Source: Lepidodermella squamata
Lineage: Eukaryota > Animalia > Gastrotricha
Assembly: GCA_047495785.1 (NCBI GenBank)
Contig: JBLDXI010000007.1
Span: forward strand, 4,588,001-4,652,000
Reading direction: 5' to 3'
Length of the DNA: 64,000 bases
Under the pieces are notes generated by a model. That model made no database searches. It saw only the letters and a program-made list of their open reading frames with translations, and was not told where the DNA came from. Positions 13,052 to 24,528 of the stretch are shown piece after piece. The stretch's first letter is position 1. Each line of letters starts with the position of its first letter. The translations under genes were made by a program, and so were the position numbers.

Positions 13052-13798
13052 ATGTCAGGCAGTGATGGCAGTGGTCCAGCGAGTTATTACGACGCGATAA
13101 CAACGGTAGACCGCGAAAGCGACGAGTATTTCTGGAACGGAACAGAAAAGCTAAGCGTGGACGATGTTGTCGTTGACAATGGGCGCGGCTTTTTCTTCTT
13201 CATCGGCATTTTGGCAGTTTTCCAACTAGGCCTGCTCGCCACAGGACTGTACGCGGCTATCAACCGGCAATTCGCGCCTGGCAATCGCTTGTTTTTCATC
13301 ATCACTTTCGCTGTTGGCCTCGGAATTGCGGCGATAGTCGTCATCATTTGCTTCATACCAGGTGCTTTTTATTGAGATGAGCAGTTTTAGTAACTGATTT
13401 ACCTGAATGTTTTCAGATGTTGCCGCCATCCCTCGCATCATTGTGACGTTTTTGGGATCTTTGATCAAGCTGAGTCTGGCAATTGCGTCACTAGTCATCG
13501 GCGGATGTGGTTGCTGCTTCAAAAACCAACAGAGACAGCAGACGAAGCCGCCTGACAATACGGAAGCTGCAGTTGCGGCCAAACCACCTTGCTGTTCACT
13601 AGAGAGCTTCGGCATAGCTAACATCGTAGCAACCATAGGTACTTACAGCTGATTTGAAATCGCGAATCAATAAGCCTACTAATTGTCTTTCTTGAATTTT
13701 CAGTCTGCGTAATGGATGGTCTGCTGATGGCGTTCATTGCGACGTTCGCACTCGTCTTCCTGATTGCTGCGGCTACGGCAGCTAGGTCACCGACGTGA
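13052..13798 (+). CDS. Small 4-TM membrane protein of unknown function (3 exons), paralog A
   Basis: Exons 13052-13361, 13417-13638 and 13704-13798 are in frame. Four hydrophobic segments. Shares RQFAPGNRLFF, GGCxCC and PPCCSL motifs and intron positions with paralog B. Confidence 0.75.
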
Positions 13799-14162
13799 AT
13801 GCTCACTTAGCTCACTGAGATAATTCAAAAATTAGTACTGCAGTTGGTGATTGCCAAGAGCCGCCACTTTAGTTATCAAAGAACACATTTTGCTAATTGC
13901 TATTTGCTGTTAATTAAAAAGTTGAAAACCAACTTCCATAACTGCCGCATTTTCTAATTAAGAACATCTTGCTTCGGATGCATCCTAACTTGAACCCAAA
14001 AGATATCTTAGATCCCTTATCAGCTTGGCAGGGAAGATACCGCTTGACCCTCTAAAATCAACTATTTATACAATTGCTTTAGCTTTCAGATAAAAAATCC
14101 TCCTTAAATCTGTTAATGCTGATATTGATAAGCTTGCGAGCATCCGAGTCGTCGGCATTACG

Positions 14163-14987
14163 ATGGCATTCGATGCTGATGACAAAGAGTCGTTGCGCTT
14201 CGAATACTACGACTCATCCTCACATGGAGCCACTGCGAACAATGAAGCTGCTTCTGCTGCTGGTCGTAGCCACCTAGGCTCCGATTCTAATGAAACTCTT
14301 GTCCTAGAACAACACCAACAGCTGGCTGATGATACGATTGCGTTCATGCGTGGCCTCAACGACGAGGAGAAGAAGTTTTTCATCGTGCTCGGAGTCATCG
14401 CCCTCGTTGAACTCGCCCTGCTCATCACAGGCCTAGTCGCTGCGATCAAACGCCAGTTCGCACCTGGTAATCGGCTGTTTTTCATCACCAGTTTTTGTAT
14501 ACAGATCGGCGTTGTGCTAACAGCGACAATCATTTGCTGCGTGCCTGGTAAGCTAATTAACCATTTTCAGCATCATCAACTCGCGTCGTTTCTCCATCCC
14601 TTTTGTGTTACAGCAGTGTCAATTCTCTCGCGAGCCATTGTCACATTCATCGCCGCACTCGTTAAATTCGGCCTCTCGCTGGCGTCTCTCGTTGTCGGCG
14701 GCTGCGAGTGCTGCGTGCGTGTCATCCACGTGCCACGAGCTAGCAGTCAGCCGGCGGCGAAAAAAGGCCAACCACCACCTGCGATGTTCGAGCAGCCGCC
14801 CTGCTGTTCGCTGCAACGATTCGGCATCGCCAACATTATGGCAGCCATCGGTAACAACTCATGTTATTGTTTCCATTTTGCTTATCTATTATTTCTCATA
14901 GTTTGTGTCTGGAACGGGCTGCTGATAATTTTCCTCGGCTTCCTGCTCATCGTCAACTTGATATTCGCTGTCAACACAGAAAGCTGA
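14163..14987 (+). CDS. Small 4-TM membrane protein of unknown function (3 exons), paralog B
   Basis: Paralogous to 13052-13798. Introns 14548-14613 and 14851-14901 are at the same positions as in paralog A. Confidence 0.75.
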   Translation: MAFDADDKESLRFEYYDSSSHGATANNEAASAAGRSHLGSDSNETLVLEQHQQLADDTIAFMRGLNDEEKKFFIVLGVIALVELALLITGLVAAIKRQFAPGNRLFFITSFCIQIGVVLTATIICCVPGKLINHFQHHQLASFLHPFCVTAVSILSRAIVTFIAALVKFGLSLASLVVGGCECCVRVIHVPRASSQPAAKKGQPPPAMFEQPPCCSLQRFGIANIMAAIGNNSCYCFHFAYLLFLIVCVWNGLLIIFLGFLLIVNLIFAVNTES

Positions 14988-15140
14988 TGATATTTTATTA
15001 CTAAAAAGATCGATCGATGATAAAAAACTTCAAACTCGTTGCTTTTAATAGAAATCACCAATTATATTATATTTATTGACATCTCAGAGTAATCAAATTG
15101 TCTGCTAATTACAAGAGTGGGTAACTGTGACAGTTAGGTT

Positions 15141-16223
15141 TCACTTAAGGCAGTAAGGCTCCTTGTCTCCCGTGGCGACGTAGAAAATGCCCTGATTGTC
15201 CGACTCGCCCGATCTGAAGCCGAGCAGCTGCCCGTCCTTGGCGACGTCGCACTGGCGGCAGTAGCCCTTGTTGAAGTGCTCCTGCGACTTGCAGCGGCAG
15301 GCGGCGAACGTGCAGTTCTGGCGAGTGAGGATCGTCTCTGCGAATAGCAGCCCGCCGCGGTAGTGCGAGCAGCCGAAAAAGTCGATGATGTCACCGATGC
15401 CTTCGTAATCGATCGTCTCAGGGTTCTCCATCGATCGCCGCACAAACTCTTCCTGTTCGGCTTCGGCCCAGCGCTTTTTACGCCTCGAAATACAGCCGGG
15501 TTGCACGTTCGCGTTGTTGACGTAGAAGTCCTTGTGGCCGAGGGCTCGCTTCAGCCCAACCCACGAGTTGTGCACAACGTCGACGACGAGCCCGTCGCTC
15601 TTGTCGATCCTCGCCACAGGGTCGTCCTTCATGAAGGCCGGACCAGCCGGGTCGACGGCGGAAATTCGCCCGAGGGGCGTCTCGAGGCGCTTCGCAATCA
15701 TGCCGCACACGTGGGCGCCCAGCGAGAAGCCGATGCAGTGAACTTTCGTGGCGTCGAATTTCTTACTCGTCTTCAGCCAGTTGGCGACCATTTTGCCGAC
15801 GATGCGCACGTTGCTGGCGGGTTGGTGGTAGAAGTTGAGGCCCTTGCCGAAGTCAGAGCCCTTGCCCCAGTCGATGAACAGCACGTCGTAGTCGGGCTTC
15901 TCTTTTAGGAGGTTCGTCTTGATCTTGTAGCCCCACTTGGCCGGCGAGCCCATCGTGTTGTCGTACGTGCCGTGGAAGCCATGCGACATCACGAACAGCT
16001 TTTCGAGGTTCAGCTCATCCGGGCTTTTCACCTCGTCGTAGCCGTCTCCTTTAATGCGCAGGTACTTGATGGGGATGTCGGCGGGATCGGCTGGCAGCGG
16101 GAAGTTGTCCCATGGTGGGTCGTCGGAGAAGCAGCCGATGTCATTGTCGTAGCACACCTGGCTAGCCTCGAGGCTAGCAGCCAGCGCAGCCAACACAACA
16201 GCTAGAAGCTGTAAGGTTTTCAT
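15141..16223 (-). CDS. Secreted pancreatic-lipase-family lipase/PLA1, copy 2
   Basis: Probable start MKTLQLLAVVLAALAASLEA at 16223. Motifs GFSLGAH, VDPAGP and CSH. Closely similar to copy 1. Confidence 0.95.
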   Translation of the reverse strand: MKTLQLLAVVLAALAASLEASQVCYDNDIGCFSDDPPWDNFPLPADPADIPIKYLRIKGDGYDEVKSPDELNLEKLFVMSHGFHGTYDNTMGSPAKWGYKIKTNLLKEKPDYDVLFIDWGKGSDFGKGLNFYHQPASNVRIVGKMVANWLKTSKKFDATKVHCIGFSLGAHVCGMIAKRLETPLGRISAVDPAGPAFMKDDPVARIDKSDGLVVDVVHNSWVGLKRALGHKDFYVNNANVQPGCISRRKKRWAEAEQEEFVRRSMENPETIDYEGIGDIIDFFGCSHYRGGLLFAETILTRQNCTFAACRCKSQEHFNKGYCRQCDVAKDGQLLGFRSGESDNQGIFYVATGDKEPYCLK

Positions 16224-16441
16224 GTCGAGTATACTGATAGAATGGTTGAAACAACTCAATGCACTCGAGATACTTAGTATAAAGCTCATAAAACACTGTG
16301 ATAAAAAACGCAACACACCCATGCATGGGAGATAAGATACCGGATATGCAGCAGGAGTAAAACATTGGAAGGTTATTATCTTATTCTTGAAAAAAACCAA
16401 GATAACAGTCTTTTGCATTAAACTTTATTTTAACTTTACAA

Positions 16442-17542
16442 TTAATGCAAGCAATACGGTTCACGGCCACTGGTTGCTAGGTAGAAGACGCCTCTGTTCG
16501 GCGACTCGGCAGCCCGGTAGCCCATCAGCTGGCCGACTTTCGCGACGTCGCATTGCCTGCACAGGCCCTTGTCGAAGTGCTCGGCTGACGGGCATGGACA
16601 GGCCGCGAACGTGCAGTTCGCCCGCGTTTGAATCGTTTCAACATACACGTGGGGCGTTCGCGTATGTGAACAGCCGAACTTCAGTGAAACGTCGTTGATT
16701 TCTACGTAGAGACCTCGCCGTTCCATTTCTTCAAAACTCATCATCATCAAGTCTGCTGACCGCTTTCTGCGCTTCGTCAAACAGCCAGGCTGGACAACGG
16801 CGTTGTTGACGTAGAAGTCGACGTGGCCAATGGGTTGTTTGATCGAAATCCACGACAGGTGCATGACGTCGACAAACAGCGCGTCGGTTTTGTCCAGCCT
16901 CGCGACCGGGTCGATGTCGAAGAAGGCCGGGCCGGCTGGGTCGAGGGCGGAAATTCGGCCGAGTTTCGCGTCGAGTCGTTTCGCGAGTAGTCCACAAACA
17001 TGGGCGCCTAACGAATAGCCAATGCAGTGCATCGCTGCAGGGTTGAACGGCTTAGTCGCAGATTTGAACCAGTTGGCGAGGAGGGCGGCGGTTACTCTGA
17101 GGTTGGACGCAGGTTGGAAGTAGATGTTGAGACCGGTGCCTACATCGGCGCCCGCCTGCCAGTCGATGAAAACAACATCGTGGTCGGGATTCACCTCCAT
17201 CAGAGCCTTCAGCATTTTGTAGCCCCATTTACTCTTCGAAGCCAGCACCGAGTCTTTGAATCCATTTGTGAAGCCGTGAACGACAATTATCAGCTTTTCC
17301 AAGTTGAGCTGATCGGGCGACGTGACAATCTCGTAATCAGACATGTCCGGCTTCATGCGGTAGTAAGTATTTGGTATGTCACGTGGGTTCATCGGCAGCG
17401 GCAGTTTGTCGTAGGGCTTATCCTGCGAGAAACACCCCACCCCGTCGTAGCAAACTTGGCCGTGGAAGCTTTCAGCCACGGCATCAATTCGCTCGACGTT
17501 GCAAGCTAGCAGGACAATTGTTAGCAAGGAAGGTCCGTGCAT
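16442..17542 (-). CDS. Secreted pancreatic-lipase-family lipase/PLA1, copy 3
   Basis: Signal MHGPSLLTIVLLAC (alternative ATG at 17578). Motifs GYSLGAH, LDPAGP and CSH. Confidence 0.93.
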   Translation of the reverse strand: MHGPSLLTIVLLACNVERIDAVAESFHGQVCYDGVGCFSQDKPYDKLPLPMNPRDIPNTYYRMKPDMSDYEIVTSPDQLNLEKLIIVVHGFTNGFKDSVLASKSKWGYKMLKALMEVNPDHDVVFIDWQAGADVGTGLNIYFQPASNLRVTAALLANWFKSATKPFNPAAMHCIGYSLGAHVCGLLAKRLDAKLGRISALDPAGPAFFDIDPVARLDKTDALFVDVMHLSWISIKQPIGHVDFYVNNAVVQPGCLTKRRKRSADLMMMSFEEMERRGLYVEINDVSLKFGCSHTRTPHVYVETIQTRANCTFAACPCPSAEHFDKGLCRQCDVAKVGQLMGYRAAESPNRGVFYLATSGREPYCLH

Positions 17543-19098
17543 TTTCGGCGGAACAATAAATGTGCGCAATGCATGCACCGAGGCCGCAAGGAAAAAACGC
17601 AGCAGTTTATCAGCTTAATCGGTTAATAGCAACGCATGTCAATAGAGATAACAGCCGCTAGGCCTGTCCGCTAAGATGATCACACACCACACATGAATAA
17701 TGAGAAAGAACACAATTCCCATGCTATAATATTATCACGTCATATCTACAATACTAAAATGAGAGCGTTTTCTCAAAAGTAGGTTTTTTGTCCGCCATTT
17801 CATAACGGAAGGTGATAAATGGAAAGTAAAAACATGGTTGGATAGAGAATCAAATTGTTGGCATGCGAAAACTGTCAGAACACTCGATCGCCGTCATTCG
17901 GGTCAACTTTTTAGCAAAAAACGCATATTTTGGACTAGAGCCCCGGACGGCCCCAAGAAAACCGAGGGAAAATTTGAATTTTAGAAAATTGCAATTACCA
18001 GAATAAATATTAAATAAACAATATAACATGTTACCAAATTATTTTATAATCTTAAGTGAAAACGTAATAGCGCGATATTTACGAATGTCGATATTTTCAG
18101 ATTTCGCGCCCGCGCGGTTAGTAAAACCCGGTTCCCAGTTCCCCACGAACTTTCACCCCGCACCTAAGATTTGAGAATGATTCATTGCCTGATTCTTAGT
18201 AGTTAGTAGTTAGTAGATTACCGTTTATAGCGACAGTAGGGCATTCATGCTTACCAGTTCCAGGTTTCGCTAAGAATTCTACGATGTTATAAGTATATTG
18301 TATCTTACTAAGAATCTTTGGGAGATCAAACGGAGATCTAAGTATCTTGAGGGATCACTTACAAAGTATGTCAGGCTTAGCGCATACCTCAATATAGATC
18401 TATGTCAAATCAAACAGTTACATCGGGATGATTGAGGTTAGTAAGTTATCCTACCTATAGGCACATCCTCTTCGAGATCGAGGTGAAGATTTTAGAAATG
18501 CATGTCTCAATTGTACTCTTACAAGTCTCAGATCAATTGAAATTGTTCCTAACTGGGAAATGAGATCAATAATGTTAAATCTTGGCGCTACCAAGATTGA
18601 ACATTATAAGCTTACTTTCTTAACACAAACTCAATACTCAGTACTCGATAATGATAAGATTCTCAAAGATGCTTAGACCTCTCATGATCAACATCGTGAA
18701 ATATACAGCTGGTAAATGTATCTGAGGCACATCTTTAGCTCACAATCTATACTGATCTTCAGTGACATGGATGCCTAATTTTAATATAGGAGACGTCTTA
18801 ACAATCCCTGAAAAGTGAGAGATACAAGTTAGTCTGAACAGACTCAACTTGACAGACCCACGAGGTTAGGCATTGATTTGCAGCGTTTACCTTCATAGCG
18901 ATACATGTTTATGTTTAGATCTAATGATATGTACTAAAGTTGATTGCTGATTAGTTGCTGAAGTCCGTGTCCACTCAGATAAGTTGATTTCACTCCAAGA
19001 AATATGTATTCTTTGTGGTTCCTTTATTTTTCCATAGGCGGACTAAATAGGATGGCCGGGCCGAAGGCTCGGCCCCAGAATTGCTAGTTGGTGATAAT

Positions 19099-19525
19099 TC
19101 AAAGCAGGTTAAAATCAGGCTTCGTCTGTGCTTCATTGCGTTTATGATCTCGATGAGGGTGTGGCCCATCTCGCCACCCATTGATTAACGGGTTTCGGCG
19201 ACTGCTGCCAACTCGCTTCCGGCTCACTCGCTCATCCGCAAGAAAAGGAAAGGACACCCGAGTCCAATTCGCGGAATTTGACGAACGCCACCGCTCAGTC
19301 GTAATGTTGACAAACTGCAAACTGCAAAATCTGAGCCTGTTTAGGAATGTATTCGTGGCCTCAATTTGACAGGCTGCGATTCATATTCTGGGACACATTT
19401 CGTTGTTTACCGTCGATGAACGAATAAGTAGATTCAGTAAGGTAATGTTCGCCTTATCGACCTGCATCTTTTGCTGAAGTGGCAGTGATTTGGAATTCAA
19501 GTTTATGAATAAGGCTATTCCAATG
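19099..19525 (-). pseudogene. Frameshifted duplicate of the last exon of the 19807-20818 gene plus upstream sequence
   Basis: Shares ...ERVSRKRV...WRD.PH.HR.HKRN.A..KPDF with 19807-20065, but the homologous motifs fall in different frames. Nucleotide-similar to 21647-22040. Confidence 0.5.
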
Positions 19526-19806
19526 ATTGCCCCATTCTATATAGATTTTAACGTGGATTGACTCCATAAGTAGCACGCATCTCTTCTGGGGTTCTGAACA
19601 ACTTTTTTCCTCGCTGCGTTCTATTCGTCGCGTAACAGTGAAAAAATTGCGCAAAAAATTGAATTTCTGCCTGGTTTGCGTAATTTTGGCCCGGACGGAA
19701 CTATACGATAGGCCCGGACTTGAGCAAGTCTTTCCTCTCGGAGCATCACACGGCATATGAGAATGAAAGTAATGCCCATGTCATCCCATGATTCAGACAA
19801 GATGAT

Positions 19807-20818
19807 TCAGAAGAGCGCGAAATCGGGTTTCATCAGTGCATCATTGCGCTTGTGAACTCGATGCGCGTGTGGCCTGTCTCGCCACCACGGATTGAGAGGT
19901 TTCCGAGACTGCCGGCACGCTACTCGCTTCCGGCTCACTCGCTCATTGGCGAGGTTCACGAAAATGAGCTCCGAGTCCAATTCGTCGAATTTCCCGGCTT
20001 CGTCGCTGCCGCAAGTTTTTGTAACAAGAGCTATTCGTAATGTTTCCGAAATGCACATGCCGAAGCCTGTTCGAGTACATATGCAATCAAGGGAAAACAT
20101 TTTTTAGACAGAATGCACCATTGAAAGAAAAATTAGAAGTAGAGAAAGTAAAGAAAATAAAGAATCGAAGATATAAAGAAACCTGGCGGTGACTCGATTG
20201 ACTTTCTCACATGTATGGGCTGTGTTTCGCCTGGGACAGACTTCACCAGCAGTTGTGCGATGCAGTTCATCGAGTCTATCTTCGCCTTTTCACACTGTTT
20301 CTCCTGCGTCGTTCGTTGCTGAGATGGCAAATCATTATGTAGGCTATAAAGTTAGAGGTATTCAGAAACGTACTCCACTGTAGAGTTTGATGTGATTTGA
20401 CTTGGGTCGGGCACTAGTTCTCTGCCACGAGTAGAACGCTTCTCGCCACTGGCTTTGAACTAGAGCAACTGTGTCACTGACTTGGAGCTTATCCATGGCG
20501 TCACAAATAAGGTCGGGCAGTTGCCATCGCTTGCGTTTATTCAGTGAGTAAACCAGTCCGTCCTCGAATCGCTCAGGCAAGTCATCTAACACCAGAAATG
20601 TGATCATTTCAACGCACAAGAGAGTGGGGTATTAGTTATTTACGTGATATTGCGCTCGGTTTTGGCGAATCCCCGCCATTACGGGCCAAACAGAGTGTCA
20701 CATTAGCTGGCCCAGTTAGACGATTGGGCCATGCATTTTTGCTACGGTACTCGCTGCGTTCTCGGCGTAGGGTGCCATTTGCGCGAACACCATTCCGCTT
20801 GTCGGTTCTTCTCACCAT
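19807..20818 (-). CDS. Orphan multi-exon protein with several di/tetrabasic sites (5' end uncertain)
   Basis: Four ORF pieces are joined by three phase-consistent GT-AG introns (...AIS|HDLPERF...NKRKRWQ...YSG|QRTTQEKQC...PP|GFGMC...RKRV...HKRN...). No clear signal peptide was found. Confidence 0.5.
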
Positions 20819-21069
20819 GCTTTTATAATACAACGAATAGTTCAATGCTTCACTGTAGTTATACAAATGTATAACCGATGGTATCGATTGATGACTCAGC
20901 GATTTGGCGCCTAAATTAATTATTGAATAGCGCCCACAACTAATGGCAAATTTCATCAGGAAACAAATCGATGGTATGAATTGGATGCTTTTTTTATTTC
21001 GATGTTCACTGTGCTAACATAGTCAACCAGCTAGGTTAAGCTAGATTTGTGGCTTTTCAAAAATTAGTA

Positions 21070-21503
21070 CCGTATATACCGGAATATAAAGGACTCCCTA
21101 CTATTTTTTTCAAACGGTCCGAAAACCCCTCTCTTCAATTCAGGGCCTCTCTTTTATTTAGGGCCTCCCTATTATTTTTTCTTCGCCCCGAACAAACCCG
21201 AGGTATCACTGAAAATGCCGCTAATCACCATCAAAAGTGAGGATTTTCATGGCGATAATGCCTCGCACCAGGTAGTCAGGCCACTTTTCCCTCAAGTTTC
21301 GCTTAAGCTGTATGCAAACAAGATTAAGAGGGATTAAGGTGAACACCTGCGCGCGCATTTCTGGGTGGCGTCAAGAGTGTTGGTAGCTGACCCTCTCTAC
21401 AATTTAGGTCCTCCCTTTAATTATTTCAAATGCCTCGTAACCCTCTCTACTAAATAGGTCCTCCCTTCTAATTAGGTCCTCACTTATAATCCGGTATATA
21501 CGG
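21070..21503. mobile_element. Tc1/mariner-superfamily (pogo/Tc2-like) MITE, 434 bp
   Basis: TIRs CCGTATATACCGGAaTATAA / TTATAaTCCGGTATATACGG, with TA on both sides. Subterminal repeated CCCTCTCT..AATT.AGG.CCTC motifs. Confidence 0.85.
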
Positions 21504-21646
21504 TAAATTCAATGATGCTAAGTCACAGCATCGCTGCGCTTGTTGTCACCTTGCTCTTTAGTAGCAAGTCGCAAGCAAGGAATGTTTTTATTCGATCAAA
21601 AAATGTTCTAGCACTGTTAAGCAAGTTGAACTAACTGCTAAGCCTG

Positions 21647-22040
21647 GTTAAAATCAGGCTTCATCTGGGCTTCATTGCGTTTATGATCTCGATGAGGGTG
21701 TGGCCCGCATCTCGCCACCATGGTTTCCGCGCGGCTGCTGCCGAGTCGTTTCTGGCTGACTCACTCACTGCCGCAAGCAAAGGAAAGGAAACGCGAGTCA
21801 AATTCGCGGAATTTGACGAACGCCACCGCTCAGTCGTAATGTTGTCAAACTGCTAACTGCAAAATCTAAGCCTGTTTAGGAATGTCTTCGTGGCCTCACT
21901 TTGACAGGCTTCGTTGTTCACCGCCGTGATACAATTAGGTTCAGTAAGGTTATCTTCGCGCTTTATCGACCGTTTCTCCCGCATCTTTTGCTCAAGTGGC
22001 AATGATTTAGGATTCAAGTTTATCAATAAGGCTATTCCAA
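21647..22040 (-). pseudogene. Second degenerate duplicate of the 19099-19525 segment
   Basis: Long near-identical stretches with 19107-19522 (e.g. TTCATTGCGTTTATGATCTCGATGAGGGTGTGGCCC and AATTCGCGGAATTTGACGAACGCCACCGCTCAGTCGTAATGTTG), with stops and indels. Confidence 0.55.
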
Positions 22041-22175
22041 GTTTTGTTTTGTCCCATTTCACTTGGTCTATCACTTTGTTTATTTGCTTATGTTGAACAA
22101 ATTTGACGGTACCTTTCGTTTCATGATTCAATGTTTGGCGCCTCAGTAGCACCATAAATATCACCTATTGAAATA

Positions 22176-22263
22176 CCGTATTGCTGCAAATACTAACCCG
22201 GGCTTATGCAAAGTTGGAAGGCCGAAAATGACCCAAAACTGGGCTTCTATTTGAGCAATGCGG
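22176..22263. mobile_element. Tiny (88 bp) Tc1/mariner-type MITE remnant
   Basis: TA|CCGTATTGCTGCAAATA ... TATTTGAGCAATGCGG|TA: an imperfect TIR with TA flanks. Confidence 0.6.
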
Positions 22264-22370
22264 TATTCTAATTTCTCAACCGCGGATCATGGAACCAAAA
22301 AGGCCTAATGTCCTTCAACGTGGATGTTTTATTAACTTGGATTTGGATTGAGTCAATTCACTCAAGTCAA

Positions 22371-23577
22371 TTACTGCACGGCTATACGAAGGTTGCGTCC
22401 ATTCTGTGTTGGCAGCGCATCGTCGCTGGCGTCGTAGTGCTTCCCAACGAGTGCGTCAGTATACACTTGTTATCGAAATGTTGACATGAAAAGATTGAGA
22501 CCAATTAAACGCTATGACTTACGTGTGCGGGCCTTAGCTGCGGACTTGGAAATGAAGGCGTCTCTCAAGCCTATTGCGTCAATCATTGTCGCGAAACTTT
22601 AATATAGCACGCGTCCGAAAATGAGAACAGTCAGTGTATTTACATACCTCGAAAATCGTCGCCTGCTTCGGCGAGATAACTCGTCACTCGCTCGACAAAA
22701 TCGTCAATGGCGGATTTTTGATCAGCAGCTGGTTGAAGGCGAAATTCACAAGAAGTAAAATACAATAGTCTTATATAGTCTTATATAGGTATCGAAAACT
22801 AACTGAGCCTGGGGCCGAAGAAATGCCGCTGGCTGACAAGACCGATCAAACGCTTGTTTCGTGCAGCGAGCTCGTCGATTTTGCGCTCTAGTTCTTTCAG
22901 CTGCTGATACGCACGATTTGGCTTTGACGTCACGTTGTCTGAAGCAACTTGAAACTTCTGAAGAAAATATAAAAAGTCCGCCTTAAAAAAATGGCCTAGA
23001 TGCGACGCTCTTATAAAGAAGTAAAGAAAGTAAAGAATTAAAGTAATAAAGATATAAAGAAAGGTCTTATAAAGAAGTAAAGAAAGTAAAGAATTAAAGT
23101 AATAAAGATATAAAGAAAGGTCTTATAAAGAAGTAAAGAAAGTAAAGAATTAAAGTAATAAAGATATAAAGAAAGGTCTTATAAAGAAGTAAAGAAAGTA
23201 AAGAATTAAAGTAATAAAGATATAAAGAAAGGTCTTATAAAGAAGTAAAGAAAGTAAAGAATTAAAGTAATAAAGATATAAAGAAAGGTCTTATAAAGAA
23301 GTAAAGAAAGTAAAGAATTAAAGTAATAAAGATATAAAGAAAGGTCTTATAAAGAAGTAAAGAAAGTAAAGAATTAAAGTAATAAAGATATAAAGAAAGG
23401 TCTTATAAAGAAGTAAAGAAAGTAAAGAATTAAAGTAATAAAGATATAAAGAAAAGCGACAACCTCCTCTGATTCCTCACTGTTGTTGTCTTCAACGGCA
23501 TTGCCTAAACGACAATTCGCCGCTAGCAAGGCAAGTAACAGTAGCGAGAGCGGACGATAGCAGAAATACCTCGACAT
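22371..23577 (-). CDS. Secreted orphan proprotein, 5 exons (family member 1)
   Basis: Signal MSRYFCYRPLSLLLLALLAANC. Phase-consistent exons give ...ELAARNKR-LIGLVSQRHFFGPRL|TADQKSAIDDFVERVTSYL...|...DASDDALPTQNGRNLRIAVQ*. Confidence 0.65.
23009..23454. repeat. 56-bp purine-rich minisatellite, 8 essentially identical copies, in intron 1 of the 22371-23577 gene
   Basis: Unit TCTTATAAAGAAGTAAAGAAAGTAAAGAATTAAAGTAATAAAGATATAAAGAAAGG at 23009, 23065 ... 23401. Confidence 0.97.
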
Positions 23578-24528
23578 TGTGCGGTGTTGAATACAACTAG
23601 TTTGGCGCAGAAAACTGGGACAAATGCGATTCCAATTCTTGGGTTTTTATTCGCTATACTGTCTGCAATTGCATGCAATAGACATGTTTTACGACGATAT
23701 GTTCAACTCATCAAATCAGTCAAGCATTTCATTAGGTTTTTATGAACTAGTTCGCAGGGAACAGCTGATTTCTTCTTATAAGGTTCTGTAGTTCAGAGGA
23801 CCAACGAACATCAGAGTTCATGGATGTTTCTGACAATAAGAACCACAGCAGCAGCAGCAGCAGTGCCAACATCAGTGTTCGCAGTTCGCAGCTGTGATAT
23901 GTTGAAAGACTTGTTGAAAGCGGAAGAAAAATCCAGGAATAACACTGAGCTTAAGTTGACTTTTTCATGCTGAGATTTTCTGCGTGGAACCTCCCTAGTT
24001 TGCGATTCGTGTTTCATGAATGAAACAGTCGATAACATTTCAAAAATCGGCATGACATCGTTGAGTGACTTGAATTCTTTATTATTCCATCACAGTTGAC
24101 ATAGATATTATTACTTCAGCATATAAAACAGTGTTTCATCATCGCTTTTACCAGGCTTTTAGCTGTGATGGCTGACAACACAGTTTGCACAAAGTTTGCC
24201 TGCTTGTTCGCCGGCGTGGCCGAGGGTTGATGCGCAATGTGACGAAACAGCTCCTATAACGAATTAAAGAATTTAGGAATTAGAGAATTAAGAATTACAA
24301 AGAATTAGAAATGCTGAGATTCTTTGACGACACCAGTTACACTCGCGTGTAACCTTTCCAGTCAGCAATTCAAACGCTGGTTCAAACGATCAGTAACATT
24401 TTGAAAGGGGACATTTCATAGTGACCTGAATCATTTTTTATTATTTTATTCCACCTAGCTTGACATTACTTATAGCATTCATTTGCAAATGTTTCAGCGA
24501 GTTGGATTGCTTATTTTTCAAGAAGGCC

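Noticed and set aside
16224-16418. 65-aa N-terminal extension of lipase 2
   Set aside because: The signal peptide and paralog alignment place the start at 16223. The upstream part is AT-rich intergenic sequence with a TATA-like motif.
18180-18960. Compositionally distinct, relatively CpG-poor stretch, possibly a solo LTR
   Set aside because: No TG...CA ends with TSD and no second copy could be identified in the window.
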